From the NCBI GenBank assembly GCA_043228905.1, contig JBHGNT010000009.1, positions 20,150,001 through 20,214,000 of the forward strand: 64,000 nt of DNA. The letters run 5' to 3'. Shown piece after piece: positions 49,792 to 61,074 of this stretch. A program made the translations under genes and the position numbers. The first letter of the stretch is position 1. Each line of letters opens with the position of its first letter. The notes beneath the pieces were generated by a model. It had not been told where the DNA came from, did not search any database, and worked only from the letters and a program-made list of their open reading frames with translations. The stretch comes from Azolla caroliniana (Eukaryota > Plantae > Polypodiophyta).

Positions 49792-51801
49792 ATGATGCTC
49801 ATGATGCGTTACTACAACCATTGGATGCTATGGGCGTTCTTGCTGCTTCTAGGTTGTGTGTTGGATGAAACATGTTCTTCATTGGAAGCTCATGATGTTC
49901 CCGCCAAATATTCGACGTCGGAAGGCTGCCAAGGTCGGACCAATCCCTATACTACATTATTAAGTTCTACTCTCGATAATCATCATGATAGAGAGGAAGA
50001 AGAGGAGAAGGAAGAGTGGCTTAATCTGGATCTTGGGGAGCCTTGTGAGGTGCTACGGACCGAAAGTGGTGTTGTGCGTGTTTGGATGCATGATAATGTT
50101 GATCGTGCCATTCGCGGCAATGTCGCGGTGGGTGTCGCAGAGCTAGAGCTCGAGGAAGATGGCTTGCTTTTGCCCAACTATGCTAATGTCCCCAAGGTTG
50201 CTTATGTGACCCAAGGTATATATCATATTATATGGTTGGTTTGTTGATCTGACGACAAATAATTAAGAAAAAATGATGTATTTGGAGTGTATCATTAATT
50301 AATGTACATGAATTACATGGCTAGGTTGTGGATATATGGGTGCCGTCCTCCCTAGTGATAGTGATAGTGGTAGTGGTAGTGGTAGTGGTAGTGGCATTAC
50401 TGGCCCTCGACCGTATGTTCGACGAGTGGAGAAGGGAGATGTAGTTGCCCTTCCGAAGGGTACCATCTATTGGTGGTATAATGGTGGGAATGAGGTGCTT
50501 CGTGTCTTGTGTGCCGGTGACATGTCTAGCCTTGGCTCTCATCCTAGTCACTACAATGTAAGCATAAGAGAAGGGGGCTCCATTCTCTTTATATATCTTC
50601 TACATAGATAGCTAAACATGATCAAATGCCATGTATTTGTGTGATACATACTCTACTATGTTGTTGTTCGGATGTGCTTGTAGCAATTTTTCCTCGTCGG
50701 TGGTCAACAACGCCGGTTCGGATCCTTCCTTCATGGTTTCAGTCACAAGGCCCTAGCCATTGCTTGGGGAGTTGCTGAAGAGACAATTGGGTTGCTTCTA
50801 GAGAGCCAAAAAGAGGTTGGCATCATTCGTGTGCGACGCCCCATTCGTTTCCCTGAGACATCAAGTTCTCGTTCCGCCTCCAACAACATCTTTCAGGAGC
50901 TTCAATACACTCCAGCATCTCAACCCGACATCTTGGTCGAGCATGGTGGCTTCATGAGCATCACTACCTCCCAAAAGTTCCCAGCACTTCACAATGTTGG
51001 ATTTAGTGTGGGCAGAGTCTCTCTTCAAGAGGTAAAGTAACAACCATTCCCAATCATTTAGTGTTGGATTTAGTGTGGGCCAAGAGCATCTATACTCATT
51101 ATTGTGGCATGGTAATAAGAGTCAAATGTTTTTATCCTTGGGTTTCTTGTAATTTGCTAGAATGCTATGGTTGCTCCGGGATTCTCAACTAATGCTCACC
51201 AGCTTATCTACGTAACTCGCGGAAGTGGACGAATTCAAGTGTCGAACGGTGACGGACGAAGGGTGTTCGATGAGGAGGTGAGTCGGGGCTCATTCATACT
51301 CATCCCACAATTCTTCCCCTCGATGAAGGTAGCTGGCAACGAAGGGATCGAGATGATTGGCTTTGTAACATCACATAGGTATGTTCCTTGTATAATTTCT
51401 TGTTTGTTTCCAAAGCTTGTACTAATTGTCATGTAGATGACTGCAACAAGCAATAAATTGTTTTTTTTCTTAATTGTTATTGATATTATTGCAATCTTCC
51501 TAGGCCTTCGATTTCATTCCTTGCGGGTCGCAACTCAGTATATCATGGCATCCCAATACAAGTTCTAGTAGAAGCCTTTAATGTGGATCAACAAACCCTA
51601 GAGGAGTTGGGTAGGGACGAAGAGATCATCTTTCCTCCTACGAAAGAACAATCAATGTCATCGTCAAGATCTCGACAACATACTTCTCGAAGAAAGCATG
51701 AGAAATATGAAGAGCATCGTCATAGTCGATATCCAAAATCCTCCTCCTCTAGAGAGGACGAGCGTTATTGGTGGGAACAAGTACTTTCGTTTGTAATGTA
51801 G
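49792..51801 (+). CDS. 11S globulin/legumin-like bicupin with signal peptide, 506 aa, 5 exons: 49792-50215, 50325-50557, 50684-51031, 51161-51378, 51504-51801
   Basis: GT..AG introns give a continuous 1521-nt frame. Motifs LLLPNYANVPKVAYVTQG, KGDVVALPKGTIYWWYN, FFLVGG, NAMVAPGF..NAHQLIYVTRGSGRIQV, IPQFF, FLAGRNSV. Hydrophobic N-terminus. Start could be any of several clustered ATGs. Confidence 0.92.
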
Positions 51802-51967
51802 CTTAGAGAAACAATGTGTGGAATGTCTCACATTTTGATCTTTTGTTGTGAACTTGTGAATAAATAAAATACTTTTTAATGGTTCTTATGTTTTGGGTTA
51901 TTTTTATACTTCCATGTCATTACTCTATACTTCACATCAACACTCTTTTTACCTTAATGGTCAAAAT

Positions 51968-52256
51968 TCTATTTGGAACTTGATTTACTCTCCAATGAAT
52001 TTGGTGTCATTATTGTTCTCCTCTTAAATCATTATTAACACCACATTTTACATTTGCTTGATCTGTTATATTAACACCACATTTTACATTTGCTTGATCT
52101 GTTATGTGATATCTAAAATATTTCACATTGATCTATTTGGAACTTGATTACATAAGAGTCATCGCTATGTTTACTCTCCAATGAATTTGGAGTCATTATT
52201 GTTCTCCTCTTAAATCATTATTAACACCACATTTTACATTTGCTTGATCTGTTACA
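51968..52256. repeat. Local complex tandem duplication
   Basis: ttaacaccacattttacatttgcttgatctgtta occurs three times, and the block ~51984-52069 is repeated at ~52170-52254. Confidence 0.85.
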
Positions 52257-52259
52257 TCT

Positions 52260-52750
52260 AACTATGGATTAACATATAAACAATCCCAATCAAATCACTC
52301 GTTGGTTGCGTTGGTTCTCGAATATCTACTGTTGGTTTTTCTTTTATAATGGCAGGAGCAACAGTGACGTGGCAATCGAAAAAACAAAAATTTGTGACAC
52401 TCTCATTTGCTGAAGCTGAATTCGTAGCAGTGGCGTTGGCCACTAAAGAAGGATTATGGTTGCAAACGGTGTTAGTGAACCACTGAATCAATTGAAAATC
52501 TTTTGCGACAATATAGCATGTATCAACTTAACAAAGAATCCAAAGCACTTAGAAAAAACAAGGCATGTGGATTTAAAATATCACTTTATACAAGAGTTGG
52601 CCGAAAAAAACAAGCTTACCTTAGAGTTTACATCGACAAATCATATGTGGGCTGATTTTCTAACAAAAGCTCTCCCTCCGGACAAATTTGAAGCTTGTTG
52701 TGAAAATTTAAGATTACAACGATTCGCGACTAATTAGTTTATGGGAGGCT
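52260..52750 (+). mobile_element. Ty1/copia RNase H fragment with PPT
   Basis: VTWQSKKQK.VTLS.AEAEF, IFCDNIACINLTKNP...KTRHVDLKYHFI, ADFLTKAL. Confidence 0.8.
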
Positions 52751-53049
52751 GATCTAATAAACTAATTAGTTAGAATAATAAATAAAAAAATAGATGATTC
52801 AAACGGGTAAACAATATGAAAATGTGCACCCCAAAAATAGGGTGCACCTATAACCACCACAATCTCTCCTATAACCACCACAATCTATCTCTATGTGGTC
52901 GGTTGGTTGTAGAGAGAGAGAAACCATCAATTAATAAAGTTTCTTCTTCTCTTTCTCTCGTTCTATCTCTTTTCATTTCTTATTTCTTACACTTGTTGAT
53001 TTTCTACAAAGCAGCTTCTTCTTCAGCTTCGATCTCTCTAGCCATGGCT

Positions 53050-54750
53050 CGTTGAATCATAGCACGGTCAACGTGTTCTTCCACCATTCGTGTCGCGGCT
53101 ACGACCTGCAACCGAGCGAGAAAATTGATCAGTTCGAAAAGAAGTGTCGTGGCGTAGAATAGCCCCGAGCTCGAATGCTTCTGTTGGGATATCGGGGAAG
53201 GTCATCTCCGTATCCTCCGAGACACGGGATGCATGTCCCTCCTACATCTTCCCTGTGAGAGATAGGGTCGTATCCGGGGTGACGACCATCGACTTGTTGG
53301 GTGCAACTATCATTTGCAGGTGATTTCTTGCCTCTGGTTGGCCTTGCCCCTCGCCAACGATGCTAGGTCGTTCTGTCCTTGGGGCCCGCTCGTCACTGAC
53401 TCGGCGGCGCTTTTTCGACTGGCTATTCCCCACAACTGTGTCATCTGTTGCCCCTTTTTCTTCTCGAGGCCGTTTCTTTGTCTCTACTGAGACGTGCAAG
53501 GTCTCATCCCCTGTCTCGTCTCCCGAATTTTGCCGTTCTTATTCTATACGACAACAATTGGACTAAGCCATGTTCTTGCTTTATCGGCCAAATAAAACCA
53601 ACTCATAGCATCTTGTCTATTTCTTCCTTTACCCTAGCCTCGTAGTTGGGGTTCATGCGCTATACCGCCTGTATTGAACTGGTTCTGGTTTGGCGTATTT
53701 ATTCATATGTATTTGGTGGTGATAATACCAAGGGTCTAGGCCCTACATGTCACTATACAACCATGTGAATACATCCTTATATTCTCTTAATAGATCCACC
53801 ATTGCCAATCTCTCAATCGGCGCAAGTTCTTTGGCGATTTTAATTGGCCGAGGATCGTTCCCAAATCGATTTCTTCCAATGTCGAGGCTCTTCACCCATT
53901 GGGACATCTCTATCTCTTGCCCGAGGGCTTCTCGGACATAATTGGTCCATGGATTTTGGGTCCGGTTCTTGTAAGTTTCCCTCTACCTTGATGTCCCTCT
54001 CGGACATGTACGGACTTATTGCTTTGACAATATCAATTTCGAATAGCAGTATGATCCTCGGACTGTCGTTTAGGTATTGGTCGACTTTGTCATCGGCCAA
54101 CCTGTTGAGCATTTGTACTCCCTCCACGTAGAACGGGGTGGTTTCCTTGGTTGAAGTCGTTCGCTCTTCGGTTGGGACGCGAATCTTCGTCTTTCCTCTT
54201 CGGAATGTTATGATATTGCGGTTCCAATTCTGCTTAATGTTGGTTGTCCTTTAGCCACGGCCGTCCGAGCAGAACCGAGTAAGTGCTTGGGGCTTTTAGG
54301 CGCAACATGACCCTCAAGATCGAAAATGCATGTCCACTGAGTATGAATTCGAGGTGTTGAATTAGGCCAAGGGGTCTCACAAAGCGGGTGTCTGCCATCC
54401 TTAGCCAAAATGGGCAGGCCTCCCATTGAGTCTTCTTGAGTCGGACACATGTAGCTTCACTAATTACGTTCACTCCGGAGCCACCATCGATTATACATCC
54501 GCATACTTCATATCCTTTGACGAGAAGCTTAAAGGACGATAAGCTTTCCAGTTGGGCTTTGTGTTGTTATAGGTTTTTAGGGTTAGGGTTAATGATAATT
54601 ATGATAGCATGATGATAATGATGGGTGTGATGATGGAGATAAGCATTATGTAATTGATGATGATTGGATGTGCATTGGGAAGCATTGTGGGGTGTGGGGT
54701 GGTGCCTAGAATGGCTCCACCCCCCCTCCCAAGGGGTTTCAACATAAGGG

Positions 54751-54793
<43 letters not shown>

Positions 54794-56243
54794 ATAGAGA
54801 ACTATTCCTTTTTTCCTCATTCATTCACCATGGGGTTAAATAGTTACAAATGGGTAGATACACAAGGGTGCAAGCCCCTTTGTCTATTCATACTAATCAC
54901 TCACACCTCCTCGTATCCATCCACTGTGCATGTGTACACATACACATCAACTCGCACTCACAATTACACTTACACATTTACACATACACATTAACAACAT
55001 TATAACATTCGACCCTCACGTATCACACTCTACATCTTTCGTACATCCCATATGGTAACATGTGCATCCATCACTCTTGGTCCTTCGCTTGATTCGGTGA
55101 GGTGAACCAACGCACTAGGTTGTTTCTTGTCGTTTGTCATGGTCGCCACAGTCTCTTTGAATCGGGGAAGGAGATGTAGTAGCTTACTTAGTGGCATCGA
55201 TATTTGGCAACTGGTTAAAGCTTGTGAAATCCCCTGAGTGGTTCAGCGGCTGCCGAAGGGGAGGCTTGTACGTGGGGTTTTCTAATTGTGATATCTGGCA
55301 TTTTAGTTTGCATTCATTCGGGATTTGTTATGTTGGCTTTATCAATCCAAACTTAGCCGCTTGGCGGATATCATCCTGAACGTCCCACTTGGATTGTTGA
55401 CCCTTGCTACGAGTAGTTACCTATTGCACCTCTATTGTGATTGTGTTGACCGCCGAAGCCTTCCCTTCATCATTGTCCGGGCACAGAGTGGCATAGTGCC
55501 CCTGTTTGTGGCAATGGAAACATATGACAAGGGCCACCATGCTAGACTCCCAATGTTCTGCTTGGGATGGCGGTGGTTGCCGAGCATGTTCATTTCGTGT
55601 ACGAGTATCATAAGGTGGTGTCTGCCTAGGGTGTTGATCATCCCTTTGATCCTCGTTAGGCTGAAAGCGGCGATTGCCAGCCCGAGTGTCCTCTCTGTGC
55701 CGCTGGTCTTGTTGGCCCCAGTTATTGCCTTAATGTTAGTTATTCATGAATCAACTGTTGTTCGTGTTTATGTTAGGTCTCCTCTCAGCCCTTGGTCACG
55801 TGGGTACCGAGGCACATACTCCTCCTCGTATTGGTCTTGGTCATAATCGTAGTTGGCTTCACCATATATGTCCTCTTCCGGTTGGAAGCGGTCCCCGTAA
55901 CGGGGTCGTTCATTATCCCGAAAGCAAGCCAGTTGGCGGAATCTATCCTCATTCCGCATTCAATCATTACATGGCTCGATTTGGCACATTGGAGTCGTCG
56001 CTCTGTTAAGCATGTTGTATTCACATTGATCGAGGGTATGTGTGCGGGAGTAACAAATTGGACAGTGCAACCTCATCGTGCACTCAACCGTTGAACGACC
56101 CGGATTCAAACATGTCGTGCATTGGACCACTTGCCGGAACTAGAGTTCTTCTTCTTTCGGCAAGGTGCGTTGTAGTGAGGCCATAGAGAGATTGTTGTTG
56201 GTTTGGACATTGTCCATGGTTAAGACACGATCCATGACATGCT
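53050..56243 (-). mobile_element. Fragmented Ty3/gypsy element (gag, protease, RT start); its 5' part resumes at ~61076-61720
   Basis: Protease IIDGGSGVNVISEATC (~54450-54500), YSVLLGRPWL, RT start LLREYKDVF.W.Y.DM (~53740-53790). gag start YPRYNEKADAEAHVRAF at 61076-61135. Confidence 0.7.
54565..55007 (-). mobile_element. Orphan LTR with adjacent PPT-like tract
   Basis: Termini tgttata...tataaca, purine-rich minus-strand tract after 55007, no TSD. Confidence 0.5.
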
Positions 56244-59200
56244 TGATAGAATTTCACTCAGACAAAAATCAGAAATCGAACTTAGACCCAAACAGAAAAT
56301 GAAGAACACACGATTTACGTGGAAAACCCTGATTTCAAGGAAAAACCATGGGAATAGGAAATTTCACTATGAGCAAGTACAGAATACAATCAGAACAATA
56401 AAACCTAATTTGGTATGGGAGTGTGCTGAAACCACAATTTCAGCCGACCGCATCCAAACCCTAGCACATAGACGTCTATTCCTTTTGAGCTTCCCAAGCT
56501 TCTCTGTCTTTCACTCTCTGTTTCTCTTTTGATTCTCTCTTCTTTTCTTCTCTCTTAGCTTCCGAGTACGTATACTCTTACACAGCCACTATTGTGTAGA
56601 AAACTCAGTCGTTCTCAGAGTTACGCATACATACAACTCGTTTTTTCCCTCATACATATATATTGCCAGGCCTGTTGGCATATATATACTAGGTCGTTTT
56701 TACTTTATATGTAAGAAGGCATATGTATATGTATATGTGTCCATTTGATTGAGTACGAATTCGGCTTTCTCACCGAATTCGGTCAATTGACCCCCGATTC
56801 GGTTCTTCGGCAAACCGACCATTCTTTTGCTCTCTGACCGACTTCGGCCAAATTCGGTAATCCGACTATTTTCGGCTTCTCAGCCGATTTCGACCAGCCG
56901 ACTCTTAAGTCGACTTTTCGGCCGACTCCCCCGCAAGGAGGGACACCTTTACACAACAAACTCCCCCTTCACTCCTGTAGGGGGAGGACCAACCAAGCCA
57001 ATCTTATTCCGGCATGCAACGAGTTTTTCCATAGACAGAATTTTTGTGAGCATGTCCAATCCATTTTCTTCAGTGGGGATCTTAGCTAGAACAAACTCAT
57101 TTTCTTCCACTCTTTCTCTTAACCAATGGTAGCTTCTTTGAATGTGCTTTGTACGAGAGTGGTAGGTAGCATTCTTAGCTAGATGGATAGCACTTTGATT
57201 GTCACAATGAAGTAAGTACTTGTCTTGCTTCAATCCTAGTTCGCTCAAGAACTCTCTCATCCAAATCAATTCTTTTTCGGCTTCCACTGTAGCCATATAC
57301 TCAGCCTCGGTGGTTGACAAAGCCACAACCTTTTGCAATCTTGATTGCCATGGCACATCTCCCCCTGAATACATCATCACATACCCTGATGTGGATCGGC
57401 TAGAATCTACATCACCCGACATATCAGAATCTGTAAAGCCTTCTAGCACAGGTTTCCTGGAGCCATATCTAAGACATACATTCGAAGTTCCTTTGAGGTA
57501 TCTAAGAATCCATTTTACGGTTGTCCAATGCTCCTTCCCAGGATTACTCATGTAACGACTAATGGTTCCAACAACGAATGCAATGTCCGGCCTTGTGCAA
57601 ACCATAGCATACGTAACGCTGCCAACAACAGAAGCATACGACACTCTCCTCATCTCTGCCTTATCTTTCTCAGTTTTCGGACATTGTCCTGATTTTAACT
57701 TACAGTCCACTGGCAATGGTGATCCGACCGATTTTGCATCGTACATATTAAACATTTGCAAAACTTTTGTCACATATTTCTCTTGTGACAGCCATAACAT
57801 GTTTTCAGTCCTGTCCCGGACTATATGCATTCCCAAAATCTGTTTTGTCGGTCCTAAGTCTTTCATGGCAAAGGATTTGCTCAATGCTTTCTTCAAGCTT
57901 GCAATCTTTTTGACATCCTGTCCAACAACCAACATATCATCTACATACAACAACAGAATAAGAAAGTCGCCCTCATCATATCTTTTCACAAATACACAAT
58001 GATCGACTTGTGTTTTGTGGAATCCATGTACCAACATAAAGGACTCAAATTTCTTATACCATTGTCGTGGAGCTTGCTTTAGACCATACAAGCTTTTCTT
58101 CAACCTACACACAAGATTTTCTTTTCCTTTTACCTCAAAGCCCTCCGGCTGTTTCATATAGATTTCTTCTTCCAACTCACCATGCAAGAAAGCTGTTTTA
58201 ACATCCAGTTGTTCGATTTCAAGATTCATACTGGTGGCCATACTCAAAACAGTCCGAATAGAGGTCATCTTCACAACTGGGGCAAAAATCTCATCAAAGT
58301 CAACACCCTTTTTCTGTTGAAAACCCTTTACGACAATCCGGGCCTTATACCTGGGTGTACTGCCGTCTTCACCAGTCTTTAATTTGTAGACCCATTTGTT
58401 TCTAAGTGCCTTCTTACCATCAGGCAGCTCCATCAGCTCATAAGTTAGATTCTCATGCAAGGAATCCATTTCTTCTTGCATGGCATTATACCATTTCTCC
58501 TTGTGTATATCAGTCATGACCTCTTCATAGCATTCTGGTTCCCCTTCATCAGTTAAGAGGACATATTGACTGGCCGGATATCTAGAGGAGACCTTCCTTT
58601 GTCTTCGTGGATATCTTCTTCCTTCAATAATTGGCTCATGGCCATTTTCTTCCAACAACTCATCTTCCGACTCCGATTCTTGTGTATCAGTCTGATGTTG
58701 GGTGTCGACCGACTCAAATTCAACTTTGTTAGCCGATTGTTGTGTGGGAGTGGGATCAACTAGTATTGACTCCATAACAGTAGTCGATTTGGGAGACAAC
58801 TCTGGTCTTTGTTGCTTCCAGTCCTCGATTGTCTTGTCTTCCATGAATATGACATCTCGACTCCTTATCACTTTCTTATCAAGGAGATCCCACATTCTGT
58901 ACCCGAACTCGTCTTCCGAGTACCCCAAGAATATACAAGGTTTGGACTTATTGTCCAGCTTTGACCTCTGATCTTTAGCAACATGTACATAGGCCAAGCA
59001 TCCAAACACCTTTAAGTGCTGATAAGACACACTTCTTCCTGTCCACACTCTTTGTGGTACATCCCCTTTTAGAGGCACTAATGGAGACTTGTTAATAAGG
59101 TAAACAACTGTCAACATTGATTCAGCCCTATATGACTTTGGCAATTTTGCATGTGCCAACATGCTTCTTACCCTTTCCATTATGGTTCGATTCATTCTTT

Positions 59201-61074
59201 CTGCTAGACCATTTAGCTCAGGTGTCTTCGGCACCGTATACTCAAGTTTGATGCCTTGAGTCTTGCAATACATCTCAAATTGGCCTCTATATTCGCCACC
59301 GTTATCTGTCCGGACAGCCTTCAGCTTCTGTCTGGATTCTCTTTCTGCCCTAGCATGAAACTCTTTAAAGACCGACAACACTTGGTCTTTAGACACCAAC
59401 GCATAATCCCACACCTTTCTACTGAAGTCATCAATAAATGTGACAAAGTATTGTCCTCCACGATGAGATGGGGCATCAACATAACATACATCGGTGTGAA
59501 CCAGCTCTAAGGCATGCTCTCTCCTCATTGGAGGCCTAGAGTGAAAGGTTGTTCTATTTTTCTTTCCAGCCAGGCAATCCACACACTTTTCCAAATGTAT
59601 TCCTTTCACCTCTGGTAGGAAATCCTTTTCCGCAAGGATATGCATTCCCCTTTCACTCATGTGTCTGAGCCTTTTATGCCATAACTCACCATCTGAGCTA
59701 GCCACTACATTTGCTTCCTCTCGACACAACTTCACATACATTACATACAATGTGTTCTGTTTTTGGGCTCGAGCCACAATCAGGTTCCCCTTACAGAACT
59801 TCCATGTACCATTTCGGAAGCCACCACTGTACCCGTCATCATCTAGCCGTCCAGTCGATATCAGATTCAATCTGACATCCGGAACATGGCGTACATCCTT
59901 CAATATCATCCTGCAACCAGTAGATGTTAGCAAACACACAGTTCCTATGCCCACAATCTTGCATTCACCGTCATTTCCCATCCGTACATGACCGTAGTCA
60001 CCGGTTGTGTAAGATGAAAAACATTCTCTTTTGGGAGTTAGGTGAAAAGATGCACCGGAATCCACTACCCATGAGCACTCATCATTTACAAGATTCACGC
60101 TATCTTGTTCACAGATGAATAACATCTCTTCCTCACTAGTTGCAATGGCTGAGGTATTTTTATCATTAGAAATTTTTCTGGGTTCGACCTCATCAGCCAT
60201 GCCTTTGTCCTTTCTAAGATGTCGACAATTCTTTTGGAAGTGACCGGGCTTCCCACAATAAAAGCATGTAGGTCTTCCTCTAGAGTTTGACCTTCCAAAA
60301 AACCTATCTCCATTTTCTGGGCTTTTATGATCTCTTCTACCTCGGCTAAATTCTTGGGTCACATTAGCTTCCGACTGAGACAGCACATTTTTGTCTTTTC
60401 TTCTTGTCTCTTCATTTAAAATACTCGTCTTTACTACTTGTAAGGATAAGTTGTCTTCTTTACATGAAGTGCTGATTGTTACTATTAAGTTTTCCCAACT
60501 ATCCGGGAGAGTACATAACAATAGTGTGGCCTGCATACAGTCATCTAATGGGAACTTTGATGAGGCTAACTGATTCACTAGTCCCATAAACACACTGATA
60601 TGCTCTACAATGCTCTCCCCATCTATGTACTTCAGTCTCACTATCTTCCTCATCAAGAAGGTCTTATTTAAGGCATTTTTCCTTTCATAGAGGTTAGAAA
60701 GTTCATGCCATAGTTCGAAGGCATTGGTGTCACTCGCTACATGTTGTAGAACACTAATGTCTACACATTGTCTCATAGTCACCATTGCCTTCCTATTTAG
60801 AATTCTCCACTCCGACTCTATTACCCCCTTTGGTATATCCTTATTTTCTATAGGCTCATACAAGTCTTTTACTATTAGGAGATCTTCCATTTTGATCTTC
60901 CAATCTGAATAATTTTGTGAGTTCAAGACAATCATGCCCGGAAAGCCACTCACACCCCCTTCCATCTAGAACCTAGGCTCTGATACCAGTTTGATAGAAT
61001 TTCACTCAGACAAAAATCAGAAATCGAACTTAGACCCAAACAGAAAATGAAGAACACACGATTTACGTGGAAAA
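56244..61074 (-). mobile_element. Ty1/copia element 'F' (Tnt1-like): complete 3' LTR 56244-56958, 5' LTR reduced to 83 bp (60992-61074)
   Basis: PBS tggtatcagagc at 60988-60977, PPT aagggggag at ~56961-56969. The 83-bp remnant is identical to the corresponding end of the 3' LTR. No TSD. Confidence 0.93.
56949..60965 (-). CDS. Intact copia Gag-Pol polyprotein (1338 aa)
   Basis: Single ORF with CCHC knuckle, protease WVVDSGASFH, integrase VHTDV/RTDNGGE/NGLAERMN, RT QLDVKTAFL/LYVDDML, RNase H STTEAEY/RTKHI. Confidence 0.95.
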   Translation of the reverse strand: MEGGVSGFPGMIVLNSQNYSDWKIKMEDLLIVKDLYEPIENKDIPKGVIESEWRILNRKAMVTMRQCVDISVLQHVASDTNAFELWHELSNLYERKNALNKTFLMRKIVRLKYIDGESIVEHISVFMGLVNQLASSKFPLDDCMQATLLLCTLPDSWENLIVTISTSCKEDNLSLQVVKTSILNEETRRKDKNVLSQSEANVTQEFSRGRRDHKSPENGDRFFGRSNSRGRPTCFYCGKPGHFQKNCRHLRKDKGMADEVEPRKISNDKNTSAIATSEEEMLFICEQDSVNLVNDECSWVVDSGASFHLTPKRECFSSYTTGDYGHVRMGNDGECKIVGIGTVCLLTSTGCRMILKDVRHVPDVRLNLISTGRLDDDGYSGGFRNGTWKFCKGNLIVARAQKQNTLYVMYVKLCREEANVVASSDGELWHKRLRHMSERGMHILAEKDFLPEVKGIHLEKCVDCLAGKKNRTTFHSRPPMRREHALELVHTDVCYVDAPSHRGGQYFVTFIDDFSRKVWDYALVSKDQVLSVFKEFHARAERESRQKLKAVRTDNGGEYRGQFEMYCKTQGIKLEYTVPKTPELNGLAERMNRTIMERVRSMLAHAKLPKSYRAESMLTVVYLINKSPLVPLKGDVPQRVWTGRSVSYQHLKVFGCLAYVHVAKDQRSKLDNKSKPCIFLGYSEDEFGYRMWDLLDKKVIRSRDVIFMEDKTIEDWKQQRPELSPKSTTVMESILVDPTPTQQSANKVEFESVDTQHQTDTQESESEDELLEENGHEPIIEGRRYPRRQRKVSSRYPASQYVLLTDEGEPECYEEVMTDIHKEKWYNAMQEEMDSLHENLTYELMELPDGKKALRNKWVYKLKTGEDGSTPRYKARIVVKGFQQKKGVDFDEIFAPVVKMTSIRTVLSMATSMNLEIEQLDVKTAFLHGELEEEIYMKQPEGFEVKGKENLVCRLKKSLYGLKQAPRQWYKKFESFMLVHGFHKTQVDHCVFVKRYDEGDFLILLLYVDDMLVVGQDVKKIASLKKALSKSFAMKDLGPTKQILGMHIVRDRTENMLWLSQEKYVTKVLQMFNMYDAKSVGSPLPVDCKLKSGQCPKTEKDKAEMRRVSYASVVGSVTYAMVCTRPDIAFVVGTISRYMSNPGKEHWTTVKWILRYLKGTSNVCLRYGSRKPVLEGFTDSDMSGDVDSSRSTSGYVMMYSGGDVPWQSRLQKVVALSTTEAEYMATVEAEKELIWMREFLSELGLKQDKYLLHCDNQSAIHLAKNATYHSRTKHIQRSYHWLRERVEENEFVLAKIPTEENGLDMLTKILSMEKLVACRNKIGLVGPPPTGVKGEFVV

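Noticed and set aside
54575-54592. Telomere-like tttagggttagggtt
   Set aside because: Only about two units inside an LTR end; not an interstitial telomere array.
57220-60912. Numerous plus-strand ORFs opposite the copia polyprotein (also opposite A, B and D)
   Set aside because: Antisense shadows of coding sequence with no independent motifs.
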